From Ginkgo biloba (Eukaryota; Plantae; Ginkgophyta): a DNA stretch of 26,977 nucleotides. The notes below the pieces were generated by a model. That model was not told where the DNA came from. It did not search any database and saw nothing but the letters and a program-made list of their open reading frames with translations. The translations under genes and the position numbers were made by a program. Shown here in pieces: positions 1-12,179 of this stretch (positions within the stretch are counted from its first letter, which is position 1; each line of letters starts with the position of its first letter). Where the stretch lies: NCBI GenBank assembly GCA_024626585.2, contig JANKJI020000002.1:216234849-216261825 (forward strand), written 5' to 3'.

Positions 1-430
1 CTCTACCTTTTTGTTATTAACTACAACCATTCAAGACAATTATGATAATAGAAATATATCATTCTATATGTGTCATAAATTCATTAGTTATTATATATGA
101 AAAAATGGGAAGCTAAAGTATGACTTCATTGTAATATCCATTCCTTTCAAAATTAGTGATGATAAAGATAGTTGTTTCAACCTATTTGGCATGAAGATTA
201 ATAAATGAGCATTTAATTTGTTAGTGATCAAAATAGAAATCCATTGTTCAGATACATAAAATATTTTCCCATTAATTATTGATGGTGTTAGAATGGTTAA
301 TGTATGTATAAATAAGGATGGGTATTAATATGAGATGTTGTCTCTCATTTAAACAAATGTAGGTAAGGCTTATTGAATGGCATATAATGATTAGGTTATT
401 ATAGATATGAAGCTTGTGAATTGGCAATCA

Positions 431-540
431 ATATTTTATAATCATACATAAAGGCCATAAGAGAAGATGAATTAAGTTTTATGTATTATATTTTCTCACA
501 ACATGAGGCCATAAGAGAAGATAAGATAATTTTATAAGCC
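431..540. repeat. Degenerate ~55-bp tandem duplication
   Basis: AGGCCATAAGAGAAGAT occurs exactly at 452-468 and 506-522, with similar flanks (ATATTTT...ACAT before, TAA.TTTT after). Confidence 0.7.
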
Positions 541-1099
541 CTTGTATTATTCATTATCTCATTTTGCATACACCATAGTATTTTTTATGTCTTATCCAAT
601 AGAGTTTGGAATTATAATTATGACTCAAAATCCAAGATGCTCATGTTGAGGATTATTAATAAGGAAATTGTCATAATTGACCATTTAAAAAAATGGGGGA
701 TAAGAAACCCTTATCGATGCACATAGAGAAAGAGAGGACACAATTGCACACACTTTTAGGATTGTAAGGTCATTAAATGACTATATCATAAACTCTTTAG
801 TATATTTCAAATACAAGGCCTTACAACCTAGTACATTGAAAAAGATGGGACCCTTATAACTATATAAGATATAGATGGTTAGAGGAACTATGGAAACCAT
901 TGTTAGAATTAAAGTGTCAAGACAATATTGTGGGGAATATGGAAAGAAATGAACCATAACATTTTTAATCCCTCATAACCCAAATAATACTATAGTTGTA
1001 AATACCTAATCAAACATATTAATTATTAGGTTCATATAAGTATATGGTTCACATTAATATCCAACTAAACACGCATTGAAATCTCTCCAATGTATAATG

Positions 1100-1300
1100 G
1101 ATCAAACATCCTTCTCGCCATATTTGAGACCAATAACTCATCAATTTCACCTAGTTCTATTATTGATTCTACTATAATTTCTTCATGATTAAAAGGTATC
1201 CACGTATACCTAGTATTAAACATTATGATTGTTCTACAATAAGCTTGTAACCAATTTCACCTATTTTATTGAATCATAAGGCGATTAACTAGTTACTAGC
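1100..1300 (-). mobile_element. Possible highly decayed Ty3/gypsy integrase C-terminal remnant
   Basis: Minus strand near 1285-1230 reads (with frameshift) PY..NKIGEIGYKL, resembling the gypsy GPY/F motif GPY/F-x4-RIGEVAYKL. Short and full of stops, so weak. Confidence 0.25.
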
Positions 1301-3492
1301 TCTTTTTATTAAAAGCTAGATTATTAAATCTAGATGGGCTAGAATATATTGACTAAGTGCATGTACATCCAATGTATTAAATGTTAGAGATGTTAAGGTA
1401 TAAAATCCAAATGGACTCTAAATGTAAATTCAAATTAAGGAATAGATGCAATACAATGTAGTTTTCTTCTAAGAAGTTAAAAGTTTTATTTGTTAATAAT
1501 TGGGACCTTATGAAGTTATAAAAAGTGTTATTTTTTGTTGTGACCTTTATCCAACTATATGAAATACATGAGAAATAGAGAAAAAAATGATTTAAAATTA
1601 TGGCATGTTAAGCAATGGTGCATTTATTTAAATTTTATTTCATTTAGAGAATGTTTTACAATAGTTGATGTATGTAGTAATTGTAGGAAACATGCATAAA
1701 TATAGATGGAGATAATTGTGTATGATTAGTGTATATTTATATATTAAAATAATCTTTGTGTTAGGCCAAGTAGGTACACCTTCATTATGGCAATAAATTT
1801 ATGAGGATCACTTCCTAAACATATTTAAACTCATGTCTCCCTTACCACTTATCATTTTTCCATGTATTAAAACCACTTAAATTTTGGTTATGATATAAAG
1901 AATCTAGTATTATATGTGTATCATACACACATTGGTTATTACAATTAAGAAAATAAGGAGGCAAAGCATGGACTAAATTGTTGTGTTCTTATGACACAAA
2001 ATAAGTTGGAGTAGTAAATCCTCTAAAACTTATATGTTATGAGATAAAGTACCTTAAAACATTATTAATCCAATTGAGTGATCCATATTAAGGGCACCGG
2101 AGTTCTAAGTAACTTATAGATAGTCAGGATTAAAATAGCAATCTCGATCATCTTCAAATCAACTTGGTACAAGGTGTTATGCTTTATCCTATAAATAAGA
2201 TTGTTTCTTTCTCATTTTATCACCATCTCATTTTAATAATTTATACTCATTATCTAGTTGCAAAAGAGCACTTTAGAATAACTTACATTCTTCTTGTTGA
2301 AAACCATAATTCTTATTCGATTATGATATTAACTCTTATTTCATTCTATCTTTATCTAGTAAGGACTAACAACATTGTATTACAATTATTGAAGATTTAT
2401 TTTAACTTTGTGTGGAATTATGTGCATATATTGTTTGACATGTTGTTAGTATTTATAATAATTAATAGTCACCCATTTAGGTCATTAAAATTAAAATATA
2501 TTCTCATAATGATCCTATGATGAAGACCATATATGTCTATACAAACTCGTTTGAAAAGAATAAATACCATGGCTACTTTGAAAGATATAATCTTTAAAGC
2601 AAATTGTTATACTAGTAAAAGAAACTTAGCAAATCAAAGATTTTTTTTTTGAATAGATACAAGCAAAAATGATTTCACTTTCAATATAAATACAACAACA
2701 TGTACAATAATAATTATTCTTGTTAATGCATTCACTCCCACTAAATCACTATAGCAATAATAATGAGCATTAGAACAAGGCACATAACCAATTTCACCTA
2801 GTAGAAGTAGAGAAACCAAAGGTGTTGGAGGAACTAGAAAATCTAGAGGAGGAATAATGTATTGCTTACAACTAAATGTACCATAATTCTAATTCATTAG
2901 GCTAATTGAACCACATAAGTGGATGTTAGATCTCAAGACTACAGACTACACTCAATTGTATAAATATGATGTTATTGTGCATATCATTCATACGTTCATA
3001 TCCTAACCAATTGGACATTCATATTATTCTAGATTGGAATAAGAGATGTAACGGGAAGAGAGTTATGTTAAACTATTTTGACTGCTATGCACTAAGTTCT
3101 TAATGATGTTGATCATTTTTATGTTTGTTTTTAGCCTATAAGAGTAAATGAGAGTGCAGTGTAAATAGTGAAGTTATTGAAAAAGACAGAGCTTTGGCAT
3201 TTGTAATTGAAACACCACATAAGGAAAAGGAAGGCTTGATGCATGACCACATGATGCAAGGACTGTAGTGTAAAGCCCAACCATACCAAAACCATTCATT
3301 TACTAGAAGAGATTAAATTTTCACTAAGAAGTGGGATCATGACTTTTACAATTGATGAATTGTAAAGTATAATGTGGTTGAGGACAATGGACCTCTATTA
3401 TTGGGTTCTCTTCCTATAAATGTTTTAGGGGGAGGTAGTGCTTGTATACCAAAGGATTGACACATGATGTTGTACCAATTCTTCATCGATCC

Positions 3493-3650
3493 CAATTGAG
3501 TTGATCATGGTTTGTTCACCGGCTGCAATTGAGTTGATCACGCCTTGCTCATCGGTTGCAACAAATTTTGTAGTCACGCCTTGTTCACTAGTCACGACAA
3601 TCTTGCTAGTCATGTTCTTTAGTGGTCACAACAACTTTTGGTCATCTCAG
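3493..3650. repeat. Degenerate minisatellite, ~5 units of 33-36 bp
   Basis: Units begin at 3493, 3526, 3559, 3595 and 3629 (CAATTGAGTTGATCA..., CAATTGAGTTGATCACGCCTTG..., CAACAAATTTTGTAGTCACGCCTTG...). The short ORFs on both strands reflect this periodicity. Confidence 0.8.
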
Positions 3651-5192
3651 GTTTTGCTTCTTGTCACAACAGTTTTGGAAACTGTCATTACTCTTCAATT
3701 GTAACAAATTGCTAATGTTCTTCAATTGTTAAACACCTAGTATGGATGTAATAAAATTTACTTATGAAGCGCAATGTCTTATGAGAAAGATGTGTCTCCA
3801 AGAAGCTTCAAATGATATAATTTGAAATGTTGCAAACACAGAAAGCAATGTATTGGTCTTACCATTTAATAAAATTACTTTGTTTGTCTATTCTAGACTA
3901 CAACTTGACATTCATTGGGGACACGTGGTTATGTTGGTGAGANNNNNNNNNNTATAACTCCTCTGTGTTTGTCAACGTTACTGGTTGCATACTTTTGTGC
4001 CTCTATCATACACCTTACTCGTTGACATTCAACATGATTTGCTAGAATACAAGACATAGATTTAGCAAATAGTGCTAATTTATTATCTCAAAATTCAATA
4101 AAAGTATGAAGCATTTTTTAACTATGAGATTTTGGTGATGACATTGGAAGGAAATTTCTAGTGAGATGCATGTCTTATAGATGGTAAGGACAATATAACA
4201 GTAGTATAGACAAAAAAAAAAGTTAAATTGGCAACAATAATGACGATTGGCATTGATTAGCATAATATCGATAGTTTTCACTAGTCGAAGGACAATATGC
4301 ATTTGCTATATGTAAAAAATGATCCACCCACATAAGGAAATAACATATTGTAGGAAGGCATATGTAGGTTGTTGGTTGTACCACTTGTGGACTCCGTTCA
4401 CATTCAAAATACACTATGATTGTAAGATGTAATTAATAGAATGCTCTATTGAAGAATTAGTGATTATCAATTGTAACATGTCTAGATGGTTAAATAATCA
4501 GGAGACTTCATATAATGATGGATAGATGCACCCTTTGAGGAAATCAATCCTTTGATATGGTATTTAACGCCAAGAGTGAGGCAATGTAAAGATTGATTTT
4601 TTCACCATTGGACATTGTATTGACAAAGTAACTCATTGTATCCTTGTTGCTTGACTATGAGAGAATCATGGCCAAGTTTCCTACCATTGCTATGAATGCA
4701 TGCTAATTGTCTAAACTTTGTCCATTATTACTTGGTAATAAATGCCAAGAGTGAATAAGAGCATGTGAAGATATTACTTGACTGATGTAAGTCTATTAGC
4801 ATAAAACACAATGTTCAGAGTAAAGCATCCAACAATCTCTTCGAAATGTGTACAATTTGCCTAGAAGCATCATGGTGTGAGGAATTCATACTCTTGCATC
4901 TGCTATTGTAGTAGAGCACTATCCAAAAGACATTTGCCTTCTTAACATCAATCATTCATGAATACTCCATTTTTCATGAGTTTGGGACATGATACTTATG
5001 ATGAGGCTTCCCCACGTTCTAATTTTTGTCTATCATTAGAGGCTTTGAGATGTGACTCTTGTGAGGGTGAGTTACTAGTTATATCAAAACTGTGAAACTT
5101 GGGCTTGCCTTATTCTTCGTATATGGGGCATTGTTTCCTTCCCTTCCCACGTTATCACTAGAGAAATTGTACACAATCTTTTTATGACTATG

Positions 5193-5522
5193 TGTTGGTA
5201 AATATAGGCCTCGTGGGTCCTACACTCCACCAACAGGGGTTAGTAGACATTCATAAATATTCCATATGCATTCACAGTAATAACATTAAATACATATGCA
5301 CAAATCATGAGGAGACTCAATTTCGAGTACAAAGAATCTTCCTTAAATGCTCAAAGTACATAGTAAATCATATTTAATGCTATCTTAGTCTCACACTAAG
5401 ATAAACATTAAATGAAGTCATAAGTAATTATTACTCGACTCTCACACAGTTTTCTAGGTCATAAATGACCCCTTTTTATAGTTTTTCTCTCTCATCATAA
5501 ATGAAAAGTCATGTCTCTCTCT
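5193..5522 (-). mobile_element. Putative LTR fragment (minus orientation; other end lost in N-gap)
   Basis: Sharp start TGTTGGTAAAT on plus (= ...ATTTACCAACA LTR-type end on minus). Minus-strand TATA-like CTATAAAAAGG at ~5471-5481. No PBS next to the end, so 3' or solo LTR. Confidence 0.4.
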
Positions 5523-5859
5523 NNNNNNNNNNNNNNNNNNNNNNNNNNNNNNNNNNNNNNNNNNNNNNNNNNNNNNNNNNNNNNNNNNNNNNNNNNNNNN
5601 NNNNNNNNNNNNNNNNNNNNNNCTTTATACTAAATCAGGAATGGATGAGTCAAATGCACTAGATTTTCATATTAGTAATATGCATCTACAAATAAAATCA
5701 AAACTAAGGAAGCATAAATCATATGATATTGGAGGTGTAAATTTTTTTAGCAAGATAAACTGAGATAAGGGACAAGGTTATCCATGGTAGATACATCGCA
5801 CCACAAAGAAGAAAACACTACAAACAAATGGTCAAAGATGATAATTTTTCCCTCAAGAG

Positions 5860-6671
5860 TTTAAGGAAAATAAGACAAAAAAGTTATGTTTTAAATGCAA
5901 AAAACCTTGGACAAAAGGCTATAATCTAGTATGTAAAAAGAGGCAAAGGAGGTTCTACATGGTAGATGCCATAATAAAAGGGACTCTAGCAATTGGATAC
6001 ATTCATGTTTATGAATTCGTCCATTGATTCAAACTATTTATTATGGTAGATGATGGAAGAATGTATAAGTTCATTAACTTAAGGAAAGTAAATAGGTTGG
6101 GGCATTTCGCTAAATGCACAAACCTATTTTCAAATGTGATTCCAGGACATAAATCATTAATCTATAAAGGAGTTGTTAAAAATATTAGTTTAACAATAGG
6201 ATATTACACTCTTAATAGAAGTTTTGTTATGTTATCCATTGATAAAGTAGATGTTTCCCTTGGCATACAGTGCTTAAGAATAATAGGTACATATGAAACT
6301 AATCACATTGAATATTTTATGAATTTTAAACTTGACAAGGTTAAGTATACTGCCTATGGTGCATGCACCCTACTTAATCAAGCAATGGACTAAAAAAACA
6401 TGGATAATGTCCTTTGAAAAGATCACAATTGAATGATTTTGTTGCATGGACTTGTAGACAAAGCTTGCATGTGATGGTTGTAATTAGGAAGAATACATAT
6501 AAACCAAAATTAATATTTGAACACAACCCTCCAAAAGCATTGGCGAATAAAGGGGTAAAGTATATTATAGATCTTGAACTTATCAAGGACTTAATGATTA
6601 TTAAACTATATCACTATAGTCATTACGAAAATTTAGATCAAGAAATTAGTGTAGGATATTTTGGACATTAG
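5860..6671 (+). mobile_element. Decayed Ty3/gypsy (chromovirus-like) gag C-terminus, aspartic protease and pre-RT linker
   Basis: KKLCFKCKKPWTKGY..C (gag knuckle, cf. LCFxCxxPWxxGHxC). IMVDDGRMYKFI (degenerate LIDSGATHNFI) and DVSLGIQCLRIIG (cf. DVVLGIQWLxTLG) of the retropepsin. KGVKYIIDLEL (cf. RGxEHxIELE). Stops and frameshifts throughout. Confidence 0.8.
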
Positions 6672-6776
6672 CATAANNNNNNNNNNNNNNNNNNNNNNNN
6701 NNNNNNNNNNNNNNNNNNNNNNNNNNNNNNNNNNNNNNNNNNNNNNNNNNNNNNNNNNNNNNNNNNNNNNNNNNNN

Positions 6777-6932
6777 GAGTAGTTTCATTTCTCTATTTTG
6801 TCTTGTCGTATAGTTGTACTTCTCGCTCTCCCTCCCTGTTGGCGGCTTCAGTTTGGACCCGATGCCTCAGTGGAGGAAAGTGCTTATGTAATCTCTTTGA
6901 ATAAATAAAAATCTTAGCTTTATTAAAAAAAA
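6777..6932 (+). mobile_element. Probable 3' end of a non-LTR retroelement (LINE/SINE)
   Basis: A locally GC-richer segment emerges from a gap and ends TGTAATCTCTTTGAATAAATAAAAATCTTAGCTTTATT-A8: a poly(A) signal followed by an A tail, then an abrupt change of composition. Confidence 0.4.
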
Positions 6933-7739
6933 GTTTGTTATAACTTTTAGAAGGTACACCTTACAATAGAAACTGTAGTATAGGCAAATTTAAGCCTCGA
7001 TTAAGTAGAATAATGGTAGAAATATAGAAAATATTGAATAACATGTTTGAAGAGATAGTGAAGAAATATAAAACAAAAATAAAAGAATAAGAAAAATCAC
7101 AAAAAGAAGAGGAGTATGATAAAGAAAAGGTTGTACATAAAAAATATAAAGAAGAAGTAAAAGTAAAAGAAGAAGCATACGAGGAAAATAGAAAAGAATA
7201 TATTATTAATGAAGTAGATTTTGTACATGAANNNNNNNNNNNNNNNNNNNNNNNGTATAAGGAGATGATAAACCACTTGAACAAGAAGTAAAAATAATGG
7301 AATATGTGATTATGGACATAAAATTTGGAAGCAAATATACAATAAAATAGATTTCTTTTGAAGTTCTCATAATTGATCCAGGTTAGATCTAATGAAGAAG
7401 GATAATTATTAGCTTCAATATTCATGGTGGAAAGGAGATGATAAATTGTATAAAGAAGCCTCCTTATAAGTTTCCCATCATAAGTATTTTAGGCTATTTG
7501 AATGGTTTAAGTGATAATAGTAAGAAATCAGTGAGAATAGTAAACCAATTAAACAACAAGACAACCAGATGGCTAGAAAATTAGTCCATGAGGTTATAGA
7601 GGATTTTTGTGCAATTCCATGTAGTTTTAGAGATTGAAACTTCATATTTGAAAAGTAGACATCAAGAAATTTATGATGATATCTTATTTTAAAAAAATAG
7701 AGTTCGTATGTGAATGTCATGTCCTTTTAAAGTTAGCTT

Positions 7740-8060
7740 ATGAAAACTACAAAAAATGCAATGTCACGAGAAAATGCAAAGTCACGAGAAAGCGTACTAT
7801 AACAATATTTCACAAAGTTGCATGAAAAGGAAAAAATTACAAATTGACGAGAAAATGCAAAGTCATGAGAAAAATGCACTATTGCGAGATTGCGTAAAGT
7901 TGCAAGGTCATGTGAAAAAGACAAAACATCATGAATCCATGAAAAATAATCATCGCAAGAACTTGTACTATCACAAGAAAATGTTATTGCAGGAAACTAC
8001 TATTGTGAGAAATTATTACTACGAGAAACTATCATTGTGAGAAACTACAAAGTTTTACAA
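7740..8060. repeat. Degenerate short-period (16-18 bp) tandem array
   Basis: Recurring AAAATGCAAAGTCA(C/T)GAG units in the left part and GAAACTA(C/T)(T/C)ATTGTGA-type units in the right part. Confidence 0.75.
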
Positions 8061-9851
8061 AAAAATATTAAAAATTATGAGATCATGTAAAATGTACAAA
8101 ATTATCGAAATAAAAAGTGAACAATGACCTTTCTGGAAGTTGAAGAGACAATTATAATAATTGAATGAAGGTTTATTCAAAGAAATATAAAATCTCTTAA
8201 AATCTGACTTTTAAGGGGACTTTTAAAGAATATTTGGAGGATATTTTTAAGAGTTTTCTAGAGTTCTGATGTACCCTCTTGGTGCTGGAGGATTTGATGT
8301 CAATATGCAACAANNNNNNNNNNNNNNNNNNNNNNNNNNNNNNNNNNNNNNNNNNNNNNNNNNNNNNNNNNNNNNNNNNNNNNNNNNNNNNNNNNNNNNN
8401 NNNNNNNNNNNNNAGATATCAGTCGGTAGATGACTAGAAGGTTACTAGTGGTGACTTCCCTTTAGTTCATTTACTACCACTCAATAGGTGATTGGCATGC
8501 TACCAGTGGGTAGGTGGATGCTAGCAACCTATAAGAAAATGACTCTTTTTTAGACCTGAATCAGATCTGACCTAGATCAATCGAGCAATTTAAGTTAGTA
8601 TGCCCAATGAGAGTTTGAAACCTATAAACCCAAAAAGGATTATAGTTAGATGAATGAAGTGTCATACTTTTGGAAGTTAAGACTTCGAGAATCTTAAGTG
8701 AAGTCGCATTAAATCAAAACCCCAAAAGGTCGTGAACCCCAAAATAGAATTCAACCAAGTTAAATCTTTCTGACTTGGAATTTTGGGGGATAAAAGACCA
8801 AAAGGGACTTCATAGTTTAAGATACTTAAAATATTTCCTCACAACACCTTATGGGAAAATCCATGAACTCATTTCCCTGAACATGGAAAGTATGTCTACA
8901 CAGTTCTCAAAATAAGACCCCATAATGAGTTTGGGAGAGAAAGCATTGTTTCCAATGGTTCAACTTATTTGGGATGGTTTAATTGCTCAAATAAGTTAGA
9001 GTGGTTAAATTAGCCCTCAACAGAACAAAATTGGGAGGGAAGGAGACCTCTATACTAAGGGAAAGCTTATGATTCTACTAATCCTATCACTTGTGAATAT
9101 TTATCTTTCTATTACGCAAAATCCTATAATGATACCAGGAAATAATATGTGATAACACTAGGTTCAACCTATGATTTATCCAAGATTTGGATTATGACTC
9201 CATATATAAATGTAAGCTAAACCTCATAGAGGCAACAATTTTTATGCACTCTGATTTTAATATCATTTGAGAGACAAATAACTCTATAATTTATGGACTG
9301 TGATTCCACTTCTTAATTTTTATTTAAGAGAATATTTTATTCGTGAATATGACCACTGCTTGTGAATGTGAAATTTTAATCTATATTCAGTTCTCTTAAA
9401 CTTTAAACTTTAAACTTTTATTTTTTCCATACACATTTTAGGTTCTGGATCAATAATAATAAGGCATTCCTTGATAAATGAACCAAGTACATATGTCATG
9501 TCACATCACATCAAAAGGAGATCAAAAGTAAAGACCATAATAAGATATAATGTCGACACTCAAAGTAAGCATTAAGAATGGAGGACAAGTGTGCACAATT
9601 TTTTTCTAGTATTACCACAAAGACTATGGACGAGAAACCAAGATCTAAGGAAGTAGAACCATATAAACATCCTAACCACCAATAAATTAAATGGAAACAC
9701 TACAAATGTGTATCTCAAAATATTAGTTCAACTCCACTAAGAGAGCTAAGCTTNNNNNNNNNNNNNNNNNNNAAGAAATCAATAAAAAAAGAATAATGAT
9801 AAGATAAGAGGACACGAGTATATATAAATTAATGATTTAAAATAAAAGCAT

Positions 9852-10389
9852 CTCAAGAAGGGATGGAATGTAATGAACCTAAGAGAAGACTCCTAAACCC
9901 CAAAAGTGGCCTTATAAATGTGGAATTTTGAATGGGCAATAGAGATCCATACTTTAAGGATGAATCATATTAAGAGGGGATGGCATGCTATGTCCTTAAA
10001 ATTATACACATAAAATGATGGAGACATAAATATTGGACCATGTATATATTGGTAACCACNNNNNNNNNNAATATGTGTTAAGTAAAGTAGGACATGGTTT
10101 AGGTAAGGAGGTCCATTTTGAGTATATAAGGCCACTTAAGCCTCATTTGGAATTAGAATTATGTTTTGGGATATTTTGTCAAGCATTTACTCATTTATGA
10201 TATTTTGGACTCAGATGAGTCCCTTGTGATCTTGTAAGTGTTATTTTGTGAGTTGTTTTGCTTCTAAGACGTGGGTATATTATATTATGGTGCCTCATTC
10301 ATTTGCATGATGCTATAGCTCATGAAATTATAATATTTTATTGTAATTTTGATTAGTGAAACCTAAAGGTTCACAAGTGGTATTAGAGC
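9852..10389 (+). mobile_element. Ty3/gypsy LTR remnant with two PPT-like/TG starts upstream and a tRNA-iMet PBS downstream
   Basis: AAGAAGGGATGGAA|TGTAATGAACC (TG at 9869) and AAGAGGGGATGGCA|TGCTATGTCC (TG at 9986). TATA-like TATATAA at ~10124. End GGTTCACA (10375), 2-nt spacer, then TGGTATTAGAGC (10378-10389; one mismatch to the Met-i PBS TGGTATCAGAGC). Confidence 0.7.
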
Positions 10390-10424
10390 TAAGGTCTTGG
10401 CTCTTATGGAGGTATGACTTAAAT

Positions 10425-11094
10425 CCTGTGTTACCGGGTTCACGAACCCAGCTAGTCGGGTTCGTGAACCTAGGGCGCACCCCGCACCCGGTGTGCAGGT
10501 GTGGGGTCGGGTGTGCCTGCGGGCGCACCCGGTGCGGCCTGTGTGCACCTAGGGGCAACTTGACGAACCTCGGTGTTGATCGAGGTGTGCACCTTACACA
10601 CCCGGGGTGCACCTCGATCAACACCTGAAGAACCTTGAAGAACCCTGCTTTTCAGCGTGGTTCTTCATTACAAAAAAGGATTTTTTAAGAAAAAAAAGAA
10701 AATATCTAAAAAAATAAAAAATATCAAACTACCCCCATTTTTTCAACCTTCACATCACTTGAGCAAACCCTCAAAAGTCAAATTATTTGAGCAGTGAGCA
10801 GAAAGTTAAAAACAACAGCAGTGAGTAATTTCTTTTGTCATTTGAAGAGTAGCGAGCAAGTTTTTTTGTCATTTGAGGAGTAGTGACAATGAGCAAACTT
10901 GAGCAGGGGGCAGTGAGCAAGCTTTGTCATTTGAGTAGTGGAACAGTTAAGAAAGAAGAAAGAGGAGGTGAGCAAGCAAGCAGTGAGGAAGTAACGGGGA
11001 TCAACAAACAAGGAGACTCCAAAGTTCAACACCCTTTCATTTTCACCGTTGAAATTTTGTATTCAAGGTAGGGGTTTCATTTTCTTTCCCTTCT
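10425..11094 (+). mobile_element. One end of a probable hAT-type DNA transposon with GC-rich subterminal repeats
   Basis: Abrupt switch to CpG-rich sequence at CCTGTGTTACCGGGTTC, resembling plant hAT/MITE termini of the CTATGTTAC type. Many CGCACCC/GGGTG motifs in both orientations and two perfect hairpins. Followed by repeated TTTGTCATTTGA and GAGCA motifs. No second terminus visible. Confidence 0.55.
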
Positions 11095-11512
11095 NNNNNN
11101 NNNNNNNNNNNNNNNNNNNNNNNNNNNNNNNNNNNNNNNNNNNNNNNNNNNNNNNNNNNNNNNNNNNNNNNNNNNNNNNNNNNNNNNNNNNNNNTGAGGA
11201 TAAGACTTGCCAAGTGTCATATATATTGATTAGGTTATGGATAAGGCATGTCTTTTTTTGAAAAAATAAAAGTAAAAATTGTTTGAGGCATTTTATTATA
11301 CTTTTAGCTAACTATGCCCTATGGCTTCTACATTTTCTTAAGTAGAAGTTTGGCTAAGAAGCCCTCATATCATTAGTAGTATAAGGACAAATTTTATCGC
11401 CTAAGTCTCCTTATGGGAGGCCCACATAGATGTTGAGTTTGGANNNNNNNNNNNNNNNNNNNNNNNNNNNNNNNNNNNNNNNNNNNNNNNNNNNNNNNNN
11501 NNNNNNNNNNNN

Positions 11513-11830
11513 CATATCTAAGTGAGCTAACTTAGCCATTTTAAAATTAGATTGCATCTAAGAGGAGAGATATAATACCACTAGTTTGGTTGTGCTAGTA
11601 AAAGTACTCTACCTTTGATGAAAGATATGGTTATTTTTGTACCTCTAAAAAGACCATAGTATTGATAAAACGCCACTAACCATTATTGTTTAAGAAACTT
11701 TAAATGGATAATAGGAGGAGGAATAATTGTTGGGCATTTTAGATACTAAGTACTCGTTGATATTTGGGTGTTTCTACGAAATCCATGCCTAAAAATTTAG
11801 ATACATAAGCCTTGCCAATCAACAATTAAT
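11513..11830 (-). mobile_element. Possible L1-LINE ORF2 C-terminal remnant
   Basis: Minus strand at ~11662-11612 reads ILWSF*RYKNNHIFHQR, matching the plant L1 C-terminal motif WxIWxxRNxxIF (TGG>TAG). Boundaries uncertain. Confidence 0.35.
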
Positions 11831-11846
11831 CATTGTTGTATTCATC

Positions 11847-11865
11847 TATATATATATATATATAT
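11847..11865. repeat. (TA)9 microsatellite
   Basis: Direct reading of the sequence. Confidence 0.95.
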
Positions 11866-12179
11866 CTAGATCCACATATATTATCTTATTTGACATATAA
11901 AGGCCATAACAGAGGACAAGCTAAGTTCGAAAGTGCTTGTGATACTAACATTTTATGTACATCATAATGTTTTTCATTTATTGGCGAATCAATGAGACTC
12001 ACATCAACTTCCATGCGAGGTCTCTAACGCCCCACCCAAGAGGGCATTTATATCACTGAGTTTTCATTCCGGGACTTTTTCTAGAGCCCTAATAACCTAG
12101 ATCAAGTCCCTCACTAACCATTGTAATGAGTTGATTTTTAAGCACCTAATACAAAAAGTAGTACTCCAATTACCTTATG

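Noticed and set aside
2164-2520. 118-aa plus-strand ORF
   Set aside because: TTG start, I/L/F/Y-biased composition typical of chance ORFs in AT-rich DNA, no recognisable motif.
1142-2800. CAATTTCACCTA seen three times (~1142, ~1252, ~2789)
   Set aside because: Flanks do not align further; cannot be distinguished from chance or decayed TE similarity.
3493-3650. CRISPR-like periodic repeats
   Set aside because: Whole units are similar with no unique spacers, there are no cas genes, and the context is eukaryotic.
6961-7720. Minus-strand S/F/Y-rich ORFs
   Set aside because: Shadow of A/G-rich low-complexity plus-strand sequence, probably decayed retroelement; one spans Ns.
8266-9455. Possible large LTR (TATA-like at ~9202, end resembling ...GGATCAACA)
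   Set aside because: No clear TG...CA pair, PBS, PPT or TSD could be fixed; likely TE-derived but unsupported as a defined feature.
9640-9760. Possible chromodomain remnant before the PPT
   Set aside because: Only faint resemblance (EP...ILVQ) with frameshifts; not supportable by eye.
10328-10628. Three overlapping ORFs in the GC-rich island
   Set aside because: Stop-poor because of GC content and palindromy; P/R/G/C-rich with no domain.
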